DNA of 64,000 nucleotides. Origin: a virus. Taxonomy: Duplodnaviria > Caudoviricetes. Below are positions 50,762 to 60,642 of the stretch, in pieces. The position numbers and the translations under genes were made by a program. The stretch lies in the IMG/VR virus record IMGVR_UViG_3300014205_000174, one strand, 5' to 3'. The first letter of the stretch is position 1, and every line of letters starts with the position of its first letter. The notes beneath the pieces are model-generated. The model had not been told where the DNA came from. It saw only the letters and a program-made list of their open reading frames with translations, and made no database searches.

Positions 50762-51214
50762 ATGGCCTCAGACTTCAGAGAACGTACCGATTGCCCACTG
50801 GGATTACGCAATAATAACCCAGGCTTCCTTGTAACAAATAGTGAGGCGCTTAGATTTCCCGGATACCGTGACGGCAACCATGGATTTTGCATATTCGAAG
50901 ACGTGTCATGGGGTATCTGCGCCTTTTTGTGGTATTACTACAGGCACGTGCAACGCAATCCTGGCGCTACCATTGGCAGCTACCTTAAAATGTACACTGC
51001 CGATACCAGAAAATATATCGCTACTGTAGTTGCCAGCTCAGGGCTTTCCGCTGATGACCTATTACCTATAGACCCCGATACGATAATAAAAGTCATGCGG
51101 GGCCAGTTCGAGGCGGAATTAGGAGGCAAGGAATATGCAGACCTGATTAGTGATGCGGATATCCTTGATGGCTTCGCGCTGCTGCTATTATTACCGGAGG
51201 ATGTGGTTTCATAA
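50762..51214 (+). CDS. RNNNPG-family lysozyme-like/virion protein (diverged paralogue)
   Basis: MASDFR...GLRNNNPG...WGI.AFL..Y...MRGQFE.ELG shared with 60751-61329. Confidence 0.7.
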   Translation: MASDFRERTDCPLGLRNNNPGFLVTNSEALRFPGYRDGNHGFCIFEDVSWGICAFLWYYYRHVQRNPGATIGSYLKMYTADTRKYIATVVASSGLSADDLLPIDPDTIIKVMRGQFEAELGGKEYADLISDADILDGFALLLLLPEDVVS

Positions 51215-51230
51215 CGATAATAATTCACTT

Positions 51231-52973
51231 ATGAATAACTCAACAACAGCCACTCAGAAGTTCGCAACCAATACGCTGGTTACGCATAATAAAAAAACCA
51301 AGCTTGGTATTGGATGCATCGTGAAGGTGCTTGCTAAAAACGTCAAGGTTATTTTTGGTGACCGGTATATAATAACCTGCACGTCCCGTCAATTAACTGA
51401 AGTAGACACATCGAAATGCAGCACCATGACCTTTAATGCATTTCAAAACAGGAATATCGGAAATACATGGGAGGGCAGCAATAACATTGTCATTATAGGT
51501 AATGAGGTTAGACAATATGTAGGAATTGGCTGGGTTACTCTGCGTGTAGTGACAGGAAATGACTTATTAAAATACCCGAGAATAATTCATTAAATACAAA
51601 CAAAAACATGAGCGCAAAAATATTAAAGCCTTCACACCTTAACGGTATTTTCCCATTAGATTCCGTAATGCAATGCGGCCAAGACGAGAACAATATGCAG
51701 TGGTTAGTAATGCAGCTCCACAAGAGCGGAGACGTCTTCCGGCGCATAGCATACGACGAATATGTATCCTGGGGTGGCCGCCGTAACGAATCGCGCTTTA
51801 GCGAACTGGCTAAATACTGTGAATCGGAAGAAGCGATTATCTTGTTCTCCCCGGCATACAAGTCGGTACATAATAAACTGCAATTGATTTAATTATGGAG
51901 CCATTTACTTTCATAGATAAAAGTGAGATAGATGAGCGTGCCGCTTTTGCTAATGCGGTCTGTCAATTACTGTATGATAAGCACTATGGCAACCTGGACG
52001 TCTTGGCTACTGTTGTAGAACCGATTTACAATAATTTTCAAGGGTGCGTAAGAAATATTTACGAATTAATAGGTAGCCAAATCCCGCTATTTGCGCTGTA
52101 CGAATTAAAAACATACGGGGCGAAAAATTGGGATTTTACGAAAAAGGAATATGCTGACGCGCTTTCCAGGGCCGAAAAGGCGTGTCGTGATTATTATGAA
52201 AATTAAATACACTACTATGAATGAAGAGCAAATAATAGACGGGGACAATTTGATAGCTGGCTTTATGGAGCTTACTTACGGGAAAATATGGCACCCAAAA
52301 GACAGTCCCGAAATAGGCTACGAATGGACATGCGGGGACAATTTGGACAGTGCCGCTATGCACCCTTTATATAGGTTTGCACATTGCTCTAAATATCTCT
52401 ATTTCAATACATCTTTTGACTGGCTTATGCCCGTAGTTGAAAAAATAGAATCCCTCAACGACGACATAGTTAACAAAGTCTATGTAAACATAAGCGAACG
52501 GAAGTGCGCAATGTGGACATACTTTGACGTAACGGAGGTACTAAGAGAAGATGTCGGCGATGGAGGCATGAGCGATATGCTAAAAAATGAGGTAGGCGGC
52601 AAGTTCAAGGTGCGAATATCATCCAAGGTCTCTAAAATAGATGCCGTATACCGGGCCGTGGTGCAATTCATCACATGGTATAATAACCAAAAAAAATACG
52701 CGACCCATGAAACCGAAGCAAAAGGCAAAAGAGCTAGTTGAGAAGTTCCTGACCATCACCTCGCCTCAGTACCGGCTCACAATGCAGATTTCCATAAACG
52801 AGCAGCTAACTACTGCCAAAAAATGCGCTGAATACGCATGTCTGGAGATACTTAATGCCAACCCGCACAGCAACGTACTGAACGCTACCCAGCCGGCATT
52901 CAACACTACCGCATACTGGCGTGAAGTAAAAAAAGAAGTGGCCAATATAACCATTAAGAACTTTGGCACGTAA
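51231..52973 (+). other. five hypothetical genes (51231-51593, 51608-51892, 51895-52206, 52217-52741, 52707-52973)
   Basis: Packed plus-strand ORFs; 52217 carries the phage-type SFDWLMPVVEKIE motif. Confidence 0.6.
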
Positions 52974-52979
52974 ATTGCT
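52963..52979 (+). promoter_or_regulatory. sigma54-type promoter
   Basis: TTGGCACGTAAATTGCT. Confidence 0.8.
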
Positions 52980-53013
52980 TTACACAATGTCTACAAAACA
53001 ACAAGCAAAGATT

Positions 53014-54117
53014 ATGAACGATTCATCAAAAACTACGCTGTCCAATATTGCCGACAAGCTTTCTTTACAGCATGCGCAGAAAAAGGACTTCATTGCTCCG
53101 AGCAGCTTATTAAGCTACAGCGATGGCAGCATTTTCGTAAAACTGAAAGAGGATGAGGAGCCCGCTTCATTCAAAGTGAATGAGTACTGCCATGAGCAGA
53201 TAGCGGAAAAGCTGGATATCCCGGCCAAGTACTATAACCGCATGCGGGCCAAAAACAAGGAGCTGCTGGAGAGTAACATTAACTCCTGGCTGGTAAAAAA
53301 CACTAACGGCAAGTATATGCTTCGCTGCCTGCAAACCGAAGAAAATGCCGTGGCGCGCGCTTTCCTTTCCAACTCTTTTAACTGCATCGACAATTATGAT
53401 GTACTGTACGCAGCCCTGGATGCCATCAAGCGCATGCGCGTGGATATAGAAGTAGTCAAGGCAGAGGTTACCGACAAGAAAATGTACCTGAAAGTCATAT
53501 GCCCCCAAATAGAAATACAGGCCAAAGAATTCCTTAAGGGTTATCTTGAAAAAGGCGGCGAAGTTAATCATGGGATTGTTTCCGGCATGGTCATAAGCAA
53601 TTCAGAAATAGGATGCGGTCAGTTTATTGTTGCGCCCATGGGCTGGCTTGGCGTGTGCAACAACGGTTTAATGGTTATGGATGACGCCATAAGCCAGATA
53701 CACTTGGGCCAGCGCCTACCGGCAGGAGAAATAATGTGGAGCGAAGAGACGAAATCCAAAAACAGGGAACTGGTAATCTCCCAGGTTCAGGACGCCGTTG
53801 CCACTTTCCTGAATAAAGACTACCTGGGCAAACTGATTAATAAGTATGCCGCAACACGAGACATCCCACTTAGTCATCCTTACGATGCCGCTCAGAACAT
53901 CTGCAAGGAACTGTCCATACCGGACAACCACAGGGCCAATATCCTGAAGTACTTCCTTGAAGATGGCGTACATGACGCCTCGGGCATAATTCATGCCGTG
54001 ACCAGGGAGTCGCAGAACATGACCCCGGATATGCAGTATGATGTTGAGTCCTCAATACTGGGTCACATAAACAAAATCGATAAATACGATAAGATTTTCA
54101 AAGTAGGCAAAAACTAA
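53014..54117 (+). CDS. DUF932/DUF945-like phage protein
   Basis: QIAEKLDIP.KYY.RM, ARAFLS....IDN, GMVISNSE.G.G, CNNG. Confidence 0.7.
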   Translation: MNDSSKTTLSNIADKLSLQHAQKKDFIAPSSLLSYSDGSIFVKLKEDEEPASFKVNEYCHEQIAEKLDIPAKYYNRMRAKNKELLESNINSWLVKNTNGKYMLRCLQTEENAVARAFLSNSFNCIDNYDVLYAALDAIKRMRVDIEVVKAEVTDKKMYLKVICPQIEIQAKEFLKGYLEKGGEVNHGIVSGMVISNSEIGCGQFIVAPMGWLGVCNNGLMVMDDAISQIHLGQRLPAGEIMWSEETKSKNRELVISQVQDAVATFLNKDYLGKLINKYAATRDIPLSHPYDAAQNICKELSIPDNHRANILKYFLEDGVHDASGIIHAVTRESQNMTPDMQYDVESSILGHINKIDKYDKIFKVGKN

Positions 54118-54140
54118 GTTTCTTTTCACTTGTATTAGTA

Positions 54141-54169
54141 AAAAGCCCGCCCATCCGGCGGGCTTTTTT
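54141..54169 (+). terminator. rho-independent (bidirectional) terminator
   Basis: AAAAGCCCGCC-CATCC-GGCGGGCTTTTTT. Confidence 0.85.
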
Positions 54170-54173
54170 ATTT

Positions 54174-54190
54174 TTGGCACGCCGTTTGCA
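54174..54190 (+). promoter_or_regulatory. sigma54-type promoter
   Basis: TTGGCACGCCGTTTGCA. Confidence 0.8.
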
Positions 54191-54225
54191 TTACATTAGT
54201 AAACCGGGTATAAAACCGGATTCAA

Positions 54226-54756
54226 ATGGGACAGGATAGAAAAGAACAGATATTAAGCAAATATTTAGGGTTAACGGGGTTTGAAATAAGGAAGCTCCCT
54301 TTTGGCGCTGTGCTATTAGGCTACAGGTCGGTAATCAAGCCTTATCCTTTCAAAACATTTTATCCGGTTGAATCCATTATAGACAAGAGGGCGATGTGCA
54401 AACAAGTAGATGCGGCAATGGCTGACTGCATAAAAAAGTTAAAGGCAGACCCTGCGTTAATGAAAAAGCTTGCAAAATAAGTACCCATGTCATTCATAGC
54501 AATATTTTATACGAACGTATCAACACCGGGATTTAAAGTAGGGGATTACCTGAACTACAGTTACTTCAACGCACCAGTCGATGAAAACAACTATCATTGG
54601 CGATATGATTACTATAATGCAACCAATGGCAAGGCTAAAGGAGGCATGCGCGTGCGGTTTATGAAAAACATTCCAAATAACCTTACCCAGGAAAATCTGC
54701 GACTACTTGAAAAGACAAAATACTCTGACTTGAAAAACATAAAAGGCAACTACTGA
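54226..54756 (+). other. two small hypothetical genes (54226-54480, 54487-54756)
   Basis: ORFs. Confidence 0.6.
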
Positions 54757-55113
54757 CCTGTTTGGCGGAAAGAAATTGCTAATATGACGCAAGTTAAGCC
54801 AATCCTGCAATACGGGGTATGCAGTTTAAAAAAAGTTATTCATAAAATTTGGTTTGAAACCGGCAGCATCTTGCAACTAACCGGTTGGAGTTATTTGCGG
54901 AATGTGTAGGTATTATTGCCTCTGCTTATTGTGACTTTGGAAAATGTTTCTTCTTTACAGCCACTTGCGTGTCTTAAAATCTTGAAGTGATTGTCTCCTA
55001 CACAGAATGTATTATTACCTTTTTCTGAATTCTGTATAGCCTCATGTAAGTATATAACATCGTTGTCTATCCCTAATTCATCTATGTCTATGGTATAAAA
55101 GTCGCTGGCTGCT

Positions 55114-56121
55114 ATGTACCGCTATAAGAAACGTGCTATGCTTATGCAGGGACTTATTGACCGCAGTGAAGTATTTAGTCCGCTTCCGGGGAAGATAAAT
55201 ATTTTCAACCTTGAGGAATCTAAAGACATGGTGAACTTCGTTTATGACGATGAGGCCACGCTTCCTTCAGGCCGTTTATCCTTTAAAGACTGGCACAAAA
55301 ATCTTAACAGCACTATTACCCACGGCAGCAGAATACTCATTACAGCAGAATACGCGAACACCTTCAGTGGTAAATATGGAGCTGAAGAGCAGCAGAGTAG
55401 AAGCTTTGGTATTTTAAAGCAAAGCCGAAACCTACCTTACCTTCCCGATAAAGGCATCTATGACGTGGAGCTTTACAAGGAAAAATGTGACGGATGGCTG
55501 TCCGAGCCAAAGTTCCTTGATTATGAGCAGAGGGGACTTATTATCAGTAGAGGAAAATCACGTAAAGGCAATACAGTCAAAAACTACCACCCACCGGCTA
55601 ATAAGCATGAGCAAGATTGGCCAAGGGTAAATGAAATGTACGACGATATTTACTGTGAATATTTAGAACCGCACCTGACTATTATGTATTTACCCACCAG
55701 AGAGACATGGTACAGGTATGATGAGCGAAAAAACAAGGTGCGCTTTGAAATATACCAGGATGATGACTTTGTGCTGCACTGGGACAGACTATCACTGGAG
55801 GACATTGATTTTTACCTGGAGTCCCGCGTTGACCGCCCTAACTACCTGGATATGATGCCCGTACTGGTGAGCACTAAGGCACTGATACATGAAGAACAGG
55901 CGAAAGAGGCCCCGTTCATTCAAATGCTCGTAGGGGGAATAATGAAAGAACAAACTGCGCTCTCCATGGATGAGATTAAGACCAGGGTCATAAGGTGTGT
56001 GCATTGGTGGAAATGGAAGAATATGATAAAACGACCCATCGACAAGGATGATGTACTGGCTGTTCGCATGATACAAAAGCGTGTTTTGTCCAAAAACTAT
56101 GATGAGCTGAAGTGGGAGTGA
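55114..56121 (+). CDS. hypothetical phage protein, possibly N-terminally truncated
   Basis: 335-aa ORF with no obvious promoter or A-rich start; abuts a headless opposite-strand frame. Confidence 0.65.
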   Translation: MYRYKKRAMLMQGLIDRSEVFSPLPGKINIFNLEESKDMVNFVYDDEATLPSGRLSFKDWHKNLNSTITHGSRILITAEYANTFSGKYGAEEQQSRSFGILKQSRNLPYLPDKGIYDVELYKEKCDGWLSEPKFLDYEQRGLIISRGKSRKGNTVKNYHPPANKHEQDWPRVNEMYDDIYCEYLEPHLTIMYLPTRETWYRYDERKNKVRFEIYQDDDFVLHWDRLSLEDIDFYLESRVDRPNYLDMMPVLVSTKALIHEEQAKEAPFIQMLVGGIMKEQTALSMDEIKTRVIRCVHWWKWKNMIKRPIDKDDVLAVRMIQKRVLSKNYDELKWE

Positions 56122-56127
56122 TTTTAT

Positions 56128-56144
56128 TTGGCACGGGATTTGCA
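56128..56144 (+). promoter_or_regulatory. sigma54-type promoter heading the operon that ends in dCas12f-like gene and arrays
   Basis: TTGGCACGGGATTTGCA. Confidence 0.8.
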
Positions 56145-56171
56145 CTACACCCGATATAACCATTCGTTAAG

Positions 56172-57937
56172 ATGAAGAAGAAGATTAGAACTATTGAGCA
56201 CGCCAGCGGCGCTTATAAAACGATGACCCTGCAAATTCTTGGCCTCCGGTTCCCGGAATCTAATTCTGATACCCTTGAAACAATTGGCTGCATAACTTTT
56301 CAGTGTGATGCCGGCGAAGACCGCTGGTACGGTCGCAGCTATAAGGTTGAAACCGACAATCCAGATAATCTTTTGAAAATGGGCAAGTTAGCGACATTCA
56401 TTAAAAACAATGCCGATTCAGAGGCCCAGCCGCAGGAAATAAAGCTGCTTATTGGCGCTGAAGAGCACATATATCATTGCGGCCAGTACATACCGGTATC
56501 CTGCATTGGTATGAGGTATTACAAGGTGATGGATGGGGCCTCTTTTTATTCAAGCATCATTGCACCAAACGATATCATTGCCGAAAAACAACTGGTTGCC
56601 AAAAAGTGGGAGCACATGAAACTGGTTTATACTCATACCATAGCTGCATAAAAATAATAATAATATCTAAAAACATGGCAAAGTCAAACACTCCGAATCC
56701 GGACATAATAATGTTACAAAACAAACTTGCTGATATCCTCCTGCGAGTAGACGAGGGCGACGACCTTGTAATAACCGGTGTGATTGGCGGCTCTATTGCC
56801 ATGAACACAACACATATTCAGAGCGATTGTGTGGCTGAATTTGTAAACAATATCATTACTCTTTACCCGGAAATAAGGGCCTCTATAAAATGAACAACTT
56901 AAAAACAAGCGACCTGAAAACAAATATCATGGTTCGGGATTACCGGCATGACCTCCTAATGTTTGCTGCATATAAGGAATCAGTTCTCGGCCAGTTGAGC
57001 GCGCACATTCTGTCACTCCCGGACAATCCGGAAATTACCAGGGTGGGCAATGGCAACTCTTTTACCATGAGTATTTCCAGCCTTGGGAAATCATTGTCGC
57101 TGTCTGCCGAATCCTATGATTTTAAGTTCCAGTATGGTGTTATTGTTGAAAAAATAAAGAGTGCCGATGATTGCCTGTCTGCTTTGCAGAAAATAGTAGC
57201 CGATGGCTTTATTAAAACCGATAATTACGGCAAGGTTACTTTACATGAGACGGTAGTGGCATACATTAAAGATATCATTGCATAATAATGGAGCGTGACT
57301 ATAAATTCGCTATTGGGCAAACTGTATACACCTATGATGAAGACGAATACCAGTTCATAAAGGGCATAGTAACAGACAAAACCTCTGCTACAGTTTGCAT
57401 ACAATGGGAAAATAGAAAGACCGCGACCGACTACCAGCAATACGATTACGATAAATTAAAAACAGTAAAGCCAAAAAATTATAAGAAATAATGCTAACCG
57501 CAGAAACACTACTTGTACGACCTATTGATGCAGATAAAATAGCTGCATTAATTACAGCTACGCTACCTGCATTACCAGAAGGCGAGACGTACTATGTATC
57601 TCCGTATGTGGCGATAGTACCGGAATATGATAACTGCATATTGACGCCGGACTGCGATTATGACTTTTCAGTAAGCAAGATGTACATAGATGGTGCTTTT
57701 CAGCCTGTTTTTACCGTCAGTGTAAATAAGCGTATCCCTTTTACCACTGAGGACAAATTACCAGGCTACACCGAGAAACATGCATGCCTGTTTAATCTAG
57801 GCATACATACACAGGTTATTCCTTCCCTGCTAAAACAACCGGTAAGTTTACGTGAGTTTATGGGCAGTCAGTACAATTCCAATCCATGCATTAAAAAGAA
57901 CATGAAAGATTGTTTATCCGAAATCAATAATCCATAA
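56172..57937 (+). other. five hypothetical genes upstream of the dCas12f-like gene (56172-56651, 56675-56893, 56890-57285, 57288-57491, 57491-57937)
   Basis: Abutting ORFs; none recognisable as Cas1/2/4 or a sigma factor. Confidence 0.6.
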
Positions 57938-57942
57938 AAATA

Positions 57943-59094
57943 ATGGCTGAAAAACGTATAGTTATTACCCGGAAAGTAAAAATAGACTTTGACGTTGCCG
58001 ACAAGGCCGCATTAAAGGAGTGCTATAATACCGTGTTCTCATGGAACCGGATAGTGCACAAGGCCGCAAACTGGATAATCACGCACCAGTACATGCAGGA
58101 AAACGTAAAGGACTTCTTCTACATTACAGATGCGATAAAGCTGAAGCTGGCCAACATCGACAAAGACGAGGACGGCATACTCACCACCAGCAAGGACAAT
58201 ACCACCTACCAGTTGCTTAGCAAAGCATTTAAGGGGGAATGCCCGATGGGTATGCTATCCGGCCTTAATACGGTTGTGTGCAAGAAATACAAGTCCGATG
58301 CCTTCAAAATAAAGAAAGGCGAAGTCTCCCTTGCCTCTTACCGCAGAAATATCCCTATGCCCATCCGGAGCGCGGATATCTCTTCCTGGGAAAAGCAAAG
58401 TGATGGCAACTATTCATTTTTCGTATACGGCCTGGCTTTCAAAACATGGTTTGGCAAAGACCTGAGCGACAACCAGTCAATATTCGACCGCGCACTGCAA
58501 ACCGGCGAGTATAAGCTTTGTGATTCATCCTTTCAACTGGAAAAGAAAGACGGTAAGTGGAAGATGTTTTTCCTGGCAGTATTCTCCTTTGACAAGGAGC
58601 TTGTTAAGGTGGATGAAAATAAAGCCGCTGTTTGCCGGCTTAGTATACAATACCCGATTGTTATTGCAGAAAAGAAAGACAAGTTCTGGCATATCGGCAC
58701 CGCTGAAGAATATATGCACCGCAGGCTGGCCATACGCGGCGCTTTACACAGGGTTCAAAAAGCCTGTAAGTATAATAAAGGGGGTAAGGGCCGGGACAAA
58801 AAGCTACATGCCATAGAGCGCTTTGAAGACGCTGAAAGCAATTACATTAATAGCCGCATGCACCTTTATAGCCGACAGCTAATTGATTACTGCATAAAGC
58901 GCGGTATCGGCAAGATTGTACTCGACAACTACAAGGAGGTTGTTGACAAGACACATCAGGAGAATGAGGAAAGTAAATTTTTGCTGAGCTCATGGAGTTA
59001 CTTTAATTTAGCTGATAAAATAAAATACAAGGCTGCAAAAGTGGGCATATTGGTGGAGATGGAAGGAGACCCGGAGCCCGAGCCAGTAATTTAG
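57943..59094 (+). CDS. nuclease-dead Cas12f/TnpB-like RNA-guided DNA-binding protein
   Basis: ITRKVKI N-terminus, GEVSLASYR..IPMP, LCDSS.Q; RuvC-I read as AVCRLSIQYP (no Asp), bridge helix KGGKGRDKKL, HLYSRQLID, RuvC-II IVLDN, WSYFNL..KI.YKA..GI.V then stop (no Zn finger or RuvC-III); scaffold and array follow directly. Confidence 0.85.
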   Translation: MAEKRIVITRKVKIDFDVADKAALKECYNTVFSWNRIVHKAANWIITHQYMQENVKDFFYITDAIKLKLANIDKDEDGILTTSKDNTTYQLLSKAFKGECPMGMLSGLNTVVCKKYKSDAFKIKKGEVSLASYRRNIPMPIRSADISSWEKQSDGNYSFFVYGLAFKTWFGKDLSDNQSIFDRALQTGEYKLCDSSFQLEKKDGKWKMFFLAVFSFDKELVKVDENKAAVCRLSIQYPIVIAEKKDKFWHIGTAEEYMHRRLAIRGALHRVQKACKYNKGGKGRDKKLHAIERFEDAESNYINSRMHLYSRQLIDYCIKRGIGKIVLDNYKEVVDKTHQENEESKFLLSSWSYFNLADKIKYKAAKVGILVEMEGDPEPEPVI

Positions 59095-59106
59095 TTTGTT
59101 TTTCAG

Positions 59107-59232
59107 TAAGTTCTTTGACATAATATTTTGTGGGGCGGTTGTACGTCCTTGGCGGGAGGGATTCTTTTCCACTCCCGAATACTTTTTTTATTTTTTAATG
59201 ATATTTGCCTTTGTTTGAAAGGTAGCTACAAC
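59107..59232 (+). ncRNA. tracr/omegaRNA-like scaffold fused to half repeat, copy 1
   Basis: Hairpin GGGGCG-GTTGTA-CGTCCT with loop complementary to repeat end TACAAC; CGGGAG/CTCCCG stem; TGCCTTT anti-repeat pairing with AAAGGTA. Confidence 0.8.
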
Positions 59233-59460
59233 GGTAAGCCGTCGTCTACGGGCACTGTGAGTTGTAAATGACCAGGATTTGAAAGGTAGCTACAACCTTA
59301 GTCGCACAAAAGGGAGCGACCTGCATGGCTGTAAAAGACCGGAATTTGAAAGGTAGTTACAACAACCAGAGGATAACGGTTTCACGATATTGTGAATGAC
59401 CATAATTTGAAAGGTAGTTACAACGAATGGTAACGGTTTTACTTAAACAGAAAGTTGTTT
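59214..59460 (+). CRISPR. mini CRISPR array 1
   Basis: Half repeat ending 59232; 36-nt repeats 59261-59296, 59328-59363, 59389-59424; spacers 28, 31, 25 and ~29 nt; degenerate GTTGTT at 59454. Confidence 0.9.
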
Positions 59461-59461
59461 T

Positions 59462-59677
59462 ATGAATAATGTGCGAAAAATTGGTCGCTGTTTTAATGGG
59501 GCCGAAAGAGACGGAGGAAAGACGGTACATGCTATTGACTCCGAAAAGCCAAATGGAGACTGGTTTGGGAAGGCCGTTTGCGGAACAGAACCAGGGTATC
59601 GGGGAAACGGCTGGGCGAAAACAGATAAACCAGTAAGTTGTACACGGTGTATAAATAAAATGGCGAAACGCACGTAG
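59462..59677 (+). CDS. small Cys/His-containing hypothetical protein between cassettes 1 and 2
   Basis: 71 aa; VHA...AVCG...VSCTRC. Confidence 0.65.
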   Translation: MNNVRKIGRCFNGAERDGGKTVHAIDSEKPNGDWFGKAVCGTEPGYRGNGWAKTDKPVSCTRCINKMAKRT

Positions 59678-59693
59678 AGCGTGTGTGGCTTTT

Positions 59694-59818
59694 TAAGTTC
59701 TTTGACATAATATTTTGTGGGGCGGTTGTACGTCCTTGGCGGGAGGGATTCTTTTCCACTCCCGAATACTTTTTTATTTTTTAAGGTATTTGCCTTTGTT
59801 TTGAAAGGTAGTTACAAC
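59694..59818 (+). ncRNA. tracr/omegaRNA-like scaffold, copy 2
   Basis: Nearly identical to copy 1. Confidence 0.8.
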
Positions 59819-60092
59819 GATTAATAGTTCAAGTTCACTGATTTTTAGTTGTATAAGACCATAATTTGAAGGGTAGTTACAACACATAAGCTACTACAAG
59901 AAGCATTTTCACTGTTGTGAAAGACCCGAATTTAAAAGGTAGTTACAACGTACATTCATTGGGCTAAATTTTGATTTGGCTGTAAAAGACCCAAATTCAA
60001 AAAGTAGCTACAACTAAAGCAGTGATATAAAACATCATGGGCCTGTGTTCACGTTACGTGAACGACCATTAAACCAGTTTAAGTAGCTACAC
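59800..60092 (+). CRISPR. mini CRISPR array 2
   Basis: Half repeat ending 59818; 36-nt repeats 59848-59883, 59914-59949, 59979-60014; spacers 29, 30, 29 nt; degenerate end AAGTAGCTACAC 60081-60092. Confidence 0.9.
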
Positions 60093-60111
60093 CCAAAAAC
60101 AATAAGAACGA

Positions 60112-60642
60112 ATGAGAATAATATTCCTTGACATAGACGGAGTCTTAAACAGCCAGCTTTTTTACACTGAAAGAAGTCAATGCCAAAGGGCCAGTGATGG
60201 CGCAGGAGCCGACATTGACGAGCGGTGCGTTAATTACCTAAACAGCCTGATTGCAGAAACCGGAGCAAAGGTTGTGATAAGCTCCACCTGGCGGTCAGAT
60301 GGCCTTGAATATTGCAAGACGGCATTGGAGGCAAAGGGCTTTGTTGGCGAGATAATCGATGTCACTCCTCACTTACGCCACGAAGGCTGTCTCAGAGGCA
60401 ATGAAATCTACCACTGGATACAGAAAAACAGCGAGATGCTATGCGGGAGCACAAATGGCAGCGACTTCAAGGAATATGTAATATTTGACGATGATAGCGA
60501 TATGCTGTACTGGCAACGCAACAACTACATCCAGATTGACGCCTATTGCGGACTCACTCCGAATCAATGCTACAGGGCCAAATTTATTCTCTGCCGTGAT
60601 ATGACTTTCGGAGACAGTTTTGGAAATAATATAAAAAAGTAA
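60112..60642 (+). CDS. HAD-domain protein (Swiss Army Knife RNA repair-like)
   Basis: IFLDIDGVLN, VVISSTWR, RG.EI..W, YVIFDDD.DM, GLT. Confidence 0.88.
   Translation: MRIIFLDIDGVLNSQLFYTERSQCQRASDGAGADIDERCVNYLNSLIAETGAKVVISSTWRSDGLEYCKTALEAKGFVGEIIDVTPHLRHEGCLRGNEIYHWIQKNSEMLCGSTNGSDFKEYVIFDDDSDMLYWQRNNYIQIDAYCGLTPNQCYRAKFILCRDMTFGDSFGNNIKK

Noticed and set aside
54762-54780. TTGGCGGAAAGAAATTGCT as a sigma54 promoter
   Set aside because: GG-to-GC spacing is 2 bp too long, and sigma54 spacing is strict
57943-59094. Active Cas12/TnpB nuclease or IS element
   Set aside because: Catalytic Asp residues are missing, the C-terminus is truncated, and there is no tnpA or visible transposon end
59443-59759. 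Minus-strand ORFs 59443-59673 and 59532-59759
   Set aside because: They are antisense to a better plus-strand ORF and to scaffold copy 2
59214-60092. TIGR-type dual-spacer array or simple tandem repeat
   Set aside because: Units are a 36-nt repeat plus one unique 25-31-nt spacer, and the adjacent protein shows no Nop-domain features
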